From Octopus bimaculoides (lineage: Eukaryota), in assembly GCF_001194135.2 (NCBI RefSeq), contig NC_068986.1:91451360-91515359 (forward strand): a stretch of DNA of 64,000 nt. The letters run 5' to 3'. This document shows, in pieces, positions 50,479 through 61,735 of this stretch (position 1 is the first letter of the stretch; each line of letters starts with the position of its first letter). The notes beneath the pieces are model-generated. The model was not told the origin of the DNA. It saw only the letters and a program-made list of their open reading frames with translations, and made no database searches. Made by a program: the position numbers and the translations under genes.

Positions 50479-51237
50479 AACAAAAGGATTATATGTTGGG
50501 GTTAACAAAATCGCCTGAAATCTGTTGAAGACAATTCCCTAGTATGACTGCCATCCAAACAGCAGAAATAGGTGAAATAGTATTCCTCTCTCTCGTTATT
50601 GGAAGAAATTTCAGACAGTAAAAGCTTGAATAGACAACTTGGTAGATGACTAAACAATTAGCATGGGAGATAAGCCAACATAAAGGCACTTCAATGTGGT
50701 CGCTCCACCTGCAAGAAAGAACAGCTAAACCACTCTTGAATCACACATTACCATCTGAAGAAAGGAAGTTGATATTGGCTAATGTAGTCCTAGATACATT
50801 TTGTTTGCATAAAAGATAGGATGGTCATGGTGGGAATATACTTGATCCTAAGTTTACTATAGAAATATTGCAATCCATGTGTTTACATTTTCACGCACGT
50901 GTTAAGGAAAATAAGTCAAGGTAGAAAATGCTAAAATAATTTTATCATAAAAAGCATTTTAGTACTGGTTTCAGTCATTGAGACTTTTTCAACTCTAAGT
51001 ATGGAAAACAATTAAATTTTGGAAAATTAAATGAAATGTTTTTTAAAAAAATATTTGCGTAGTATTCAAACACAAGGGGCATTTTCCTTGTTTCTACTTG
51101 TCTCTGTCTCTCAGAGAATATGTTAACCTTGTGAAGGGATGGTTGCATCTAAAGAAATACAGGTTCAATACCTAGTATTGTTGGGGAATGAAATTCCCGT
51201 AAAACAATAGGTATACTTTAAGCATATAGTTTATATC

Positions 51238-51559
51238 CAGTTAAAAGAAGAAAAGAAAATGGATATAAGTAAGTTAATTATTTATTATTAACAAATTGGT
51301 CGTCTTTGCTTCTTACAGCCAATTCAATTAATACTCAATAATCTAATTACATTGCTGAAATGAATTGATAGGTCCACATATAAGATCTTAAGGTACATCT
51401 TTTCTCTGATGAAATTAAGCTCATGTCACATAAATGCAAATTTAATGTACAAATTTGTAATTAAATTATTGAGTTTTAATTGAAGCAAAGATGACCAATT
51501 TGTTAATAATAATTAATTGCTAATTTTCTTATCTCCATTTTCTGTTCTTCTTTTAACTG
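51238..51559. mobile_element. Foldback/MITE with ~115-bp imperfect inverted arms
   Basis: cagttaaaagaagaa…ttattattaacaaattggtcgtctttgcttc versus gaagcaaagatgaccaatttgttaataataa…ttcttcttttaactg. Confidence 0.75.
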
Positions 51560-51874
51560 TGTGTACATACAGGATGCTTTATCTCTATGAAGTATAGAAG
51601 CAGATGTGTTATGTAAGATCAATTTTGAGGATTTGATCAAAGACTTTGCAATTAGAAAAGTAGGAGAAAACTTTCAAATATAAATAAAATGGAAGTATAC
51701 AAAAATAAACATTATTTTCCATCTTACTGTTATTTTTGTTTCATTTTGAAAAATAAAAAATTATTTCATGGTTTTTTATTATTTAGATTTTGAATTACAT
51801 ATATATGGGAGCACCAAAACCTTTCGAGTGCTCAGGGCCTCTATGGATCCCTAACCAGGATGTTGCTGTTCTTT

Positions 51875-52095
51875 AAGGTGGCAAGCTGGCAGAATCATTA
51901 GCACAGTGGACAAAATACTTAGCAGTATTTCACATGTCACTACGTTTTGAGTTCAAATTCCACCGAGGTCAACTTTGCCTTTCATCCTTTTGGGGGTTGA
52001 TAAATTAAATACCAGTCAAGTACTGTGGTCAATGTAATCGACTAGTCCCCTCACCCCCAAAATGTCAGGCCTGCCTTTAGTAGAAAGGATCTTAT
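51875..52095 (+). mobile_element. SINE family B, CpG-decayed
   Basis: aaggtggcaagctggcagaatcattagcac…. Confidence 0.8.
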
Positions 52096-52760
52096 CTCTA
52101 TTCTTTAAATACTTCCATGGTCACTGCTCTGTCAACTTCCTTCTTTTGTTCCTCCTCTTAATCAAGTGATTCACCTTTCTAATAATTCTTATCTTTTAAC
52201 TGAGGTTGTTCCCTCTTGTAAGTAGAGTTTCGATTCTAGCAATTTCTGTCCTCAAACATTTCTCTTATCAACTTCTCTTTGTGTTTTCTTGATAAATCTA
52301 TTCTTAATCTTTAAACCATGTGCTGATCAATTTATGATCTTTAAGATAGTCTTTCATTAAGTTTTTTTCCTTTCCTTTTAAAACTTCCAATGACTAAGAT
52401 GGTTACTAGCAGTTTGCTTTATTACTGGTTGTTTGTCACCTTCTTGGGAATAACTTCCATTAAAAAAATGGCGGTAGTGATGACCTAATTAGTAATGTCT
52501 GCAGTGATAGGTTAATTAGTAATGTCAATAATAATTGCTTAAATAGCAATATCTGAAGTGATGGTCTGATTAGCAAAATCTGAAGTGATGGTCTAATTAG
52601 CAATAAATTCAATGACAGTTTAATTGTCAGTGTGTGTAATGGTTAATTTGACAATATCAATAGTGATGCTTTAATAAGTCATCAACAGTGAGTGATCAAT
52701 TAGCAATGTCTGTAGTGAAGGTTTAATTATCAACATCAGTACTGATGGCTTTATTACAAA

Positions 52761-53295
52761 CTCACTTAAAAGCCACACTCCATGTGGACTTTTATTCTAG
52801 CTCCTGCGGAGGGCTAATTGGGTCTGTGGCCCCAAACTAAAGTGAGCTAAATAGCATGACTATAATACGTCTATAATGATTATATATGCCCAGGTGGTGT
52901 TTGATCAGAGGTTAAGGACAGATTAAAATTCATTCTGGATTGCAATCATTCTATTGTTCCAGTCCCAAGTTGAATCCCAACTGTTGAGCAATTTGTCCAA
53001 AGGTTCTTATCCCAACGTGTAATTAACAAAGCTTCCCCCTTGATCCCTGATGTCATCTGACAAACACCAATCAAGATGGCATGAATCAGCCAAGCTTTAC
53101 CTGCTAGAAATAGCAACCCAAATGCTTTAAAATCAGATCCCAATGCTGAATGTTCAAGAACCAAATGAAGGGCAGATTTTCAATCTTAGGATCATCCTGA
53201 TTCCATAAAGGTATAATATGTCATGTTGAGCAAATGAAGACTGCAATACAGGGGTCCAAGACGGATAGACAGAATTTCGCTTTTATTATTATAGA
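52761..53295 (-). mobile_element. Non-autonomous Helitron-like insertion
   Basis: Inserted between A and T with no TSD. Minus-strand 5' end TCTATAATAATAAAAGCG. Subterminal hairpin AAAAG-CCACA/TGTGG-a-CTTTT at 52768-52793. The 3' end is GTGAG rather than CTRR. Confidence 0.6.
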
Positions 53296-54277
53296 TGTCA
53301 AGTGTAGTTAAATTAGCAATGAGTATAGTAATGTTTTAATTAAGAATGTTTGTGTTAGTCTAGTGAGTAGTTGATTAGTAATATTTGTATTGTTGATTTA
53401 ATTAGCATTGTCAGTTATGATTGTTTAATTAGAAATGTCAGTGATGATGATTTAGTTAGCAATGTCTGTAGTGATGGTTTAATTAGCAATGTCAGAATTG
53501 ATGGTTCAATTGACAAATCCTGGAGGGATCATTTCATGAGCATCAAGGATTTTGTTAGCAATGTCAGAAGTGATGGTTTAAGTATCAATATCTGTGATGA
53601 TTTAATTACCAATGTCTATGATGGTTCAATTACAAATGATGATTTAATTACAGATGTCTGTGATGTCAATATTAAGTTGCAATGTCAACAGTAAGAGTTT
53701 AATTAGCAATGTCAGAAGTGATGACTTAATAAATAATGCTTCTAACAAGAGTTTAATTAGTTTATAATTAGCAAAGTCTGTAATGTAGTGATGCTTCAAT
53801 TAGCAATGTCTATAGTAATTAGCAACGTCACTATTGTTGTTTTAGTTAACAACATCAGTAGGGATTGCTTAATTAATAATGTTAGTAATGATGGTTTAAT
53901 TTGCAGTTTCTGTTATTGTCTAAATAGGTATGAGTGCTGTGATTTTACTAGTATGGCCAAAGTGATAGTTTAATTAGCAACATCTCTTGTGAAGGTGTAA
54001 TTAGCAAAGTCTGTAATTCAGGTCAAATTAATATATGTTCTAATGATTTAATTAGCAATGTTAGTAGTGATGGTTTAATTATCAATGTAAGTAGAGATGA
54101 TTTATGTGTCAGTATCTGCATTGATGATTTAATTAGCAAAGTCAGTTGTGATGGATCAATTAGTAATATCTGCAGTAATGATTTAATTGGCAATGCCTGT
54201 AGAGATAGTTTAATTAGCTTTTCCTGAGATGGCTTAATTAGCAACACCTGTAGTGAAGCAATACCACCATTAGCATT

Positions 54278-54503
54278 AAGGCTGCGAGCTGGCAGAAATG
54301 TTAGCACGCTGGGCGCAATGCTTAGCGGTATTTCGTCTGTCTTTACGTTCTGAGTTCAAATTCCGCCAAGGTCAACTTTGCCTTTCATCCTTTCAGGGTT
54401 GATAAATTAAGTACCAGTTGTGTACTGGGGCTGATCTAATCAACTGCCCTCCCCCACCTCCCCCAAAAGTTTGGGCCTTGTGCCTAGAGTAGAAAAGAAT
54501 ATT
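54278..54503 (+). mobile_element. SINE family B, full length, inserted in the minisatellite
   Basis: 12-bp TSD accattagcatt at 54266-77 and 54504-15. Confidence 0.92.
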
Positions 54504-55412
54504 ACCATTAGCATTGTCTACAGTGATGGTTTGATATGAAATGTTTGTGATGGTTAAATCAGCAATGTCACAAGTGATGTTTTAGTTAACATGTCAGTAG
54601 TAAGTGTTTAATTAGCAATATTTGTAGTGATGGTTTGATTGGTATTGTCTGTAGCAATGGGTTAATTTGCTATGTTTACAATAGTGGTTTAATTAGTAAT
54701 GTCAGTAAGGCTTGTTTAATTATCAAAGTCTGTAGTGATGATTTGATTGGCAATTCCTTGGAATGTATAATAAGATGTTATTTAGCCCCCACCCACTCCA
54801 CCCCAGATCAGCCCTGATCAAGCAGATCTATGATTAAAAGGCTTATTTTCAAGCACTGTGTATCTGGGACTTCATTATCTAATTTACCCTTTTAAGATCT
54901 GAGAGAGATTCCACTGTAAGATCTAGCTAGTCTAATGACCACATAAAGGCTTATGAGGGAGCCTCTATATGGTCATTAGACTTGCTAGAACTTACAGTGA
55001 AATCTCCCTCACATAACAGCTCCTTCATAAAGCCAGTAGAGGCTCATTAGCTAATTAGTTTGATAATGGCTCCATTGTTACCTCATTTGCAACTCCCGCA
55101 TTGGTTCAATAAAGGTTCCCTCGTTAGCTCAGTAGAGACTCATCCAATAGTTCAGCAGAGGCTCTCTAATCATCTTATAGAATGTCCCTTATATAGTTAA
55201 CTTATATAGCCTCCCTCACCAGCTCTGTAGAGCCTCTCTCATTAGTTCATATAAGATATTATAGATGCATTGTCCAGAATTACACAACCGAAGGTTTAAT
55301 ATGGCTGTCCTCATACCAAGAGGGCTGCACTTAACACTGATTGTGGGTTTATTCTATGAATATGGTTTAGTAGCCTAAATTACCAAATGATACACTTTCT
55401 TATATCATCATC

Positions 55413-55680
55413 ATCAGCATCGCCTTCCTGGCACGTAAAATACACCATTTTGAGCGTGGCCGTTGCCAGTACCGCCTGACTGGCCCTCATGCCGGTGGTA
55501 CGTAAAAGCACCCACTACATTCTCGAAGTGGTTGGCATTAGGAAGAGCATCCAGCTGTAGAATCCCTGCCAGATCAGATTGGAGCCTGGTGCAGCTATCT
55601 GGTTTCACCAGTCCTCAGTCAAATCGTCCAACCCATGCTAGCATGGAAAGCGGACGTTAAACGATGATGATGATGATGAT
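55413..55680 (+). mobile_element. Retroposon family D
   Basis: Ends catgctagcatggaaagcggacgttaaac(GAT)n. Confidence 0.88.
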
Positions 55681-55799
55681 GTTTAAAACAGTTTTGCAAG
55701 ATTTTATACACAAACATGTATCAGAAAAAGGAAAGCCAATAGTCTGAAAAATACTTTTAGCAATGCAAACCAGAAGTTCTGGTGCATGCATCTTTCTTA

Positions 55800-57000
55800 G
55801 ATACCATCACCATCATCATCATCATCATCATCATCAGCATCATCGTCATCGTCGTCATCATCATCATCATCATCACCATCACTAAAACTAAAGGCCTCAA
55901 CAAACCTCACCATTTCACTCACCAGTTACACCATTACATGTGCTGTATCATTCACACCAGGGCACTATTACCACCATTATTGGCACCACAACACCTATCA
56001 CCACCACTACCACCACCATTTCTGATTTTACTATTACCATCACTATACCTCTACTATCACTTTTGCAGCAAGTATCAATTCCACCTCAAACTGATAACAC
56101 CACCACCACCACCACCACCACCACCACCACCACCACCACTGCTACCACCGTCCCTGCCGTCCCCAACCCATACACTCATATATATTTCTCATCTAAAACT
56201 GTCTGTAAAGATTGAAGTTGGCAAATCTTGTCTAATCTATTCATTACACATGTTGAATGACTAACACCATGACACATTGATGATGGTGATGGTGATGGTG
56301 ATGATGGTTAACAGTGGGGGGCAGTGGTGTTGTTGTTATTGTTGTTGTTGGTGGTGGTGCTGGTGGTAGAGGTGGTGGTCATGGTAATGGTGTGAGTGAT
56401 AGTGGTGGTGGTAACAACAATGGTAGTAGTGGTAGTAGTATCTGTAGTGGCTGTCTTTACTTTTCCCCACTTCTTGCAATAAAATACCACACTGCTACAC
56501 TACCACCACCACTGTCACATTGACTACCACAAAGCCCCACCATCTGCGCAATCCACATTGCTTCATCTACTATTACTATCAATACTCCCTACATCTACAT
56601 TACCTTGCCATAACATTTACACCCAACTTCCATACACAGATGACAGTACACTGTACACTGACACTCCCCACCACGCACCCACTATTCATGGACACAACTA
56701 CACAACTACACCTAGATACCAGGTTCCACAATGACAGACTTAAAGTAGCCCCTATCACAAGTATTCTGTCCCCATTTTTACCAGCAACAGCAAAGAACAT
56801 GAAAAAGCAACCTGACCCTTACACTCAACAACATAAACATACCACACACACACACACACACACACAACACACACACACACAACACACACATGCAACACAC
56901 ACACACACACATACACACACACATGCAACATACACACACTACACACACACACACATGCAACACACACGCAACACACACACACACAACACACAGAAAGAGA
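55800..57000. repeat. Low-complexity cluster: (CAT)n, (ACC)n, (GGT)n, (CA)n
   Basis: Direct reading. Confidence 0.9.
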
Positions 57001-57107
57001 TAGAAAAAAGCTGTTGTATTCAACTTTTTTATAATATTTATGGCCCAGATAGAAGACATAGCAAAAGGAAATAAACTGTAATGACCTTCAAACATATTTA
57101 GATAATT

Positions 57108-57375
57108 ACAGGTGAGTGGCTGTGTGGTAAGTAGCTTGCTTACCAGCCACATGGTTCTGGGTTCAGTCCCACTGCGTGGCACCTTGGGCAAGTGTCTTCT
57201 ACTATAGCCTTGGGCCGACCAAAGCCTTGTGAGTGGATTTGGTAGACGGAAACTGAAAAAAGCCCGTCGTATATATGTATATATANNNNNNNNNNNNNNN
57301 NNNNNNNNNNNNNNNNNNNNNNNNNNNNNNNNNNNNNNNNNNNNNNNNNNNNNNNNNNNNNNNNNNNNNNNNNNN

Positions 57376-57424
<49 letters not shown>

Positions 57425-57640
57425 TTGTGTGTTTGTGTTTGTCCCCCTACCATCGCTTGACAACCGATGCTGGTGTGTGTACGTCCCCCGTAACTTAGCA
57501 GTCCGGCAAAAAGAGACCGATAGAATAAGTACTAGGCTTACAAAGAATAAGTCCTGGGGTCGATTTGCTCGACTAAAGGCGATGTTCCAGCATGGCCCCA
57601 GTCAAATGACTGAAACAAGTAACAGAGTAAAAGAGAGAGA
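57108..57640 (+). mobile_element. SINE family C, full length with an N-gap in its (TA)n
   Basis: Head, internal microsatellite and gaaacaagtaacagagtaaaag tail. Confidence 0.9.
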
Positions 57641-57689
57641 GTACCACATTTGGCCAACAGAAAGTAAAACTAACATTAGTGTGCAAATA

Positions 57690-58150
57690 ATACATTAGAG
57701 CCATCATGGATTGTGCCAACCTTGTCTGGGCCCTTGGTCTCTGCACAACAAATCCCTTAAACTATGAAGAACACCTAACAGCCCTCCTACACACCATAAT
57801 AGGTTGTACATTGACTACCTACACAATGAAACGGAAATGTTAGAAATGAAAGACTACCTGGACAGGCAAAGGGTACAATATTTTGCTACAGCAAACATCA
57901 CCCATCACACTCGTTACAAGAAAAACTCTACCAAATACCCAAACACATGTACAGAAGTACAATGACAACACTATAAAAAAAAATACCTCTTCCATTCAGC
58001 CGAGATAAACATAAATAACATGTACACACTGAAATAGCTGCAACATTAATAGCCTCAATGTTCCCAAACACTATGTTGGGATGCATAACCGCCATTAATA
58101 AGTGGAGAAGAACAGTATCTGTTACAGTGACCAATTCCACCTTGACTACC
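57690..58150 (+). pseudogene. Non-LTR retrotransposon (I-group-like) post-RT ORF2 fragment
   Basis: IMDCANLVW…, DYLHNETEMLEMKDYLDRQRVQYFATAN and HTEIAATLIAS resemble the DYAS..W / LH.ET / HT motifs. Confidence 0.5.
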
Positions 58151-59049
58151 TCCGCTATGGCTACCATTGAAATCTACTGGCACATAGATGAGCCAATGAA
58201 AAATCTGAGCTAATGAAGAACAGCTATGAGGTCCCTTGAGCTGTTAGAAATAACAACCAAATTTCTAGTGTTGTTATGTGAAGTGTGTATGTGTGTGTGT
58301 GTGGTATACAGACTATACAGGGTAGCCACAGACTACACAGTGTGTATTTGCTATATTTGATGGTATGTAATGTTTAAGGAAAGGGGCAACCAATTTGGCT
58401 ATCACACAGAGTAGTCAAAACCTAAACAAATTTCCCTCAAATAGCACTTGACTATATTTAAAAAAAGGAAGGACAGTAGTCATCGCTGGAACATTTTGAT
58501 CGTAGGTCTGTTTGATCAGAGCCAAGCTGAGGTTAGAGGTCGTACAGCTGTAAAAACTATCTTTCTGCTACCACTACTTTAACTACCATTATATCCACAC
58601 CTTAGGAACTAACATCATGCCACCTCAGTCACTGCCACCATGACCACTATGCTAAGATTATGCAGGCCACTGCTTTAACATATTTATCATCAATACTGCA
58701 GTTATCTCCTCACAACTTCTATGTTTGTTACATTTATCGTCTCCCAAACATACACACATTCTGATGGAAGGTGAATTATTTTATTTTTGTTTATAATACA
58801 GCACAGGTTGGCAATGGGTGGACCATAGTTCACAAGCAGACCACTGAAATGTTACAGTGGGCCTTGGACCTTTCCTAAAACCTTTTCAAATTAAAGGTAT
58901 TTGTGGACCATTGAACAGCTAATGGTTTTTAGATAACCCTTTGTGTTATAATTCATTCAATATTTGCTAACATTGATGGAAATGATGGGTTGGGATATGC
59001 AGGGATATTTTTATATGTATGATATGATATAATATGTATATGGGTCTTT

Positions 59050-59430
59050 CAGATGGCAAGCTGGCAGAATCATTAACATCCTGGGCAAAATGCTTAGCGG
59101 AGTTTTGTCCATCTTTGTGTTCTGAGTTCAAATTTCACTGGGGTTGACTTTACCTTTCATCCTTTTGGTGTTGATAAAATAAGTCCTAGTTGAGCACTAA
59201 TCAACCATCCCCCTTTCCCCAAACAGCTGGCCTTGTGTCAAAATTTGAGACTAATATACATAGGTGCAGGAGTGACTCTGTGGTAAGGAGCTTGCTTCCC
59301 AACTACATAATTCTGGGTTCAGTCCCACTGTGCGGCACCTTGGGTAAGTGTCTGTTACTATAGCCATGGGCTGACCAAAACCTTGTGAGTGTTTTTGGTA
59401 GACAGAAACTGAGAGAAGGCCATCGTATAT
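59050..59430 (+). mobile_element. SINE B (59050-59250) followed head-to-tail by the 5' part of SINE C (59262-59430)
   Basis: Both CpG-decayed but recognisable. Confidence 0.8.
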
Positions 59431-59934
59431 ATATATAATACAAATAATAAATGAGTATATGCATATATACGTACATGTATGTACATACCTACATCTACCT
59501 GTATATATAGATGCATATCTGGGTACAGGACGTTGCAAACAAAATGTAGACAAATGATAAACAGAGTACAGAAAACACACAGGCCACATAGAGAACATTT
59601 CCTTCATCAGCTGCCTCCATTCTAACACTGACGTTTCAAAGAGTTATATATACATATATATATATATAATATGTCTTTTTTCTACATTTTCGTGCAGCTG
59701 AAGATTGCTCTTCATATTGCATTTAAGGTAATGCTCACATTACTTAAATAAATTGAAGTAGCATGAAACGTGCGTACTGCAATCACTTTTGAAATCCGTG
59801 TTGCTTATTGTTTGATTTTTAATCACCCATCCTTTTGGGATGCGATATTCGGGTGCCTTCGCATAAGTACCATATTCAAACCTTGAGTATATATATATAT
59901 TGATAGATAAATAGATAGATAGTGAGAGAGAGAA

Positions 59935-59965
<31 letters not shown>

Positions 59966-60858
59966 AAGAGAGAGAATTAGTCAACCAGAACATTTTAGTT
60001 TTGAGCAATTAAATTATATTTTGTTTGTTTGTTTGTTCTTAATGTAGTTAGAGGAGAGGGGGGGTATTTTATTTTCATTAGAAAAAATTTCTTTTTCATA
60101 AACTTTCTTTCACCTTCCTTTCTCTCTGACATCCATCGGTATTATGAATAATTGAAACAGATAATTGAAACAGATTAAATCATTGTCATACTCCCCCTCC
60201 TCCTCTTCCTTATTATCTTTATGTTTGTTAATGTCGTCATGAGCATAAATCATCATCATCATCATCATCATCAACAACAACAACATCATTATCTGTGTTG
60301 TCACTATCCATTTCGTAATAATTGAGATGACGTTGATGATAATTATTATGATGATTAGTACTACTACTACTACCAACAACAACAACTACCACCATCTACC
60401 ACCACCATCACATCCATCTCCACCACCACCACCAACACCACCACCACCATAGTCACCCTCCACTACCACTATTATCTCCACCATTACCACTCATCACAAC
60501 CATCATCACCATCATCATCCACCTCTACAACCACCTCAACCACCACCATCACCCACCACTACATCTACTGCCTTCACCATTGTCACTCATCCCCACCGTT
60601 ATCACTCACCACCACTACTACTGTTGTCACCATCACCACCACCATCACCACCAACCACCACCACCATCACCACCCTTATTTTCTTCTGGTACATATTTTA
60701 TCAGCCCCTGAAAATACGAAAGCAAAGTCAACCACAGCAGAATGTAAAGCCAGATGAAATGCCATTAAGCATTTTGTCTGAAGTTCTAATGAATCTGCCT
60801 TCATTAATGATTCTTGATATAGGCAAACGTTCAGAAATTCTGAGGGAAGTGGGTGTTA

Positions 60859-61435
60859 TTATTTACATTATTTACATTTGACGGATATTTGTCCTCGTCT
60901 TGTTTATTGTTAACACGTTTCGGCTGATATACCCTCCAGCCTACATCAGGCGTCTTGGGGAAATTTCGAACCTGGGTTCTCATTCCCAAGCTATTTTTCG
61001 ATGTTATTGTTATTATTATTATTATAATAATAATAATTATTATTAATACTATTATTATTATTAACATTGTTATTATTATTATTCAGGTCACTGCCTGGAA
61101 TTGAACTCAGAATCTTGGGGTTAGTAGCCCGCGCTCTTAACCACCATGCCATATGCCTGTGGTGTAGTGGTTAAGAGTGCAGGCTACTAACCACGAGATT
61201 CTGAGTTCAATTCCAGGCAGTGACATGAACAATAATAATAATGATAATAATAATAATAATAATAATATTGAAAAATACCTTAGGAATGAGAACCCAGGTT
61301 CGAAATTTCCCCAAGACACCTGATGAAGGCTGGAAGGTTTATTAGCCGAAACGTGTTAACAACAAACAAGATGAGGACAAATTTCTGTCAAACATAAATA
61401 ATGTAAATAATTCCTCGTCTCTTAAATATAGAACT
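60859..61435. mobile_element. Family E foldback element with a 13-bp TSD
   Basis: TSD gaagtgggtgtta at 60846-58 and 61436-48. Left arm reverse (60859-61157), right arm forward (61160-61435). Confidence 0.88.
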
Positions 61436-61449
61436 GAAGTGGGTGTTAG

Positions 61450-61735
61450 TTCATACTGTTGCTCCCAGTTTTTGCTTGGTACCTATTTTATTGACCCTGA
61501 AAGCCTTCAGTGCTTGTAAATGCAGTCAGAAAGTACAGATTTGGACAGTGGAAGATGGTGGGGCAATCAAACCAATATCAGCATATTGCTGATGCTTTAT
61601 TGTTCCCAAAAGCATAAAAGGCAAAGTTGATCCCAGACAGAATTTGAACTCAGAATGTAATGAGATATAGCTAAATACCTTAATGCATAATGCCTGATGC
61701 TCAGCCAATCCTGCAACTCCACCTGAACCAACTTC
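61450..61735 (-). mobile_element. SINE family B, degenerate and interrupted
   Basis: Reverse-complement core fragments at ~61470-61505 and ~61615-61730. Confidence 0.65.

Larger units (their letters stand above)
52473..54755. repeat. Degenerate 27-bp minisatellite (~55 units) in three blocks
   Basis: Consensus GATGGTTTAATTAGCAATGTCTGTAGT. Blocks ~52473-52760, 53296-54277, 54504-54755. Confidence 0.85.

Noticed and set aside
51080-51215. Acceptor-like tract ending tctcag at 51114 (a similar one at 34205)
   Set aside because: No convincing donor or coding signal. Such tracts are common by chance in this composition.
53371-53694. 9-aa repeat protein (DGLISNV…) from the minisatellite
   Set aside because: Frequent in-frame stops and transposon insertions break the frame.
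43340-57500. Many HT/CV/YI/poly-I/poly-T ORFs here and elsewhere in the window
   Set aside because: They are translations of microsatellites with no protein-family signal.
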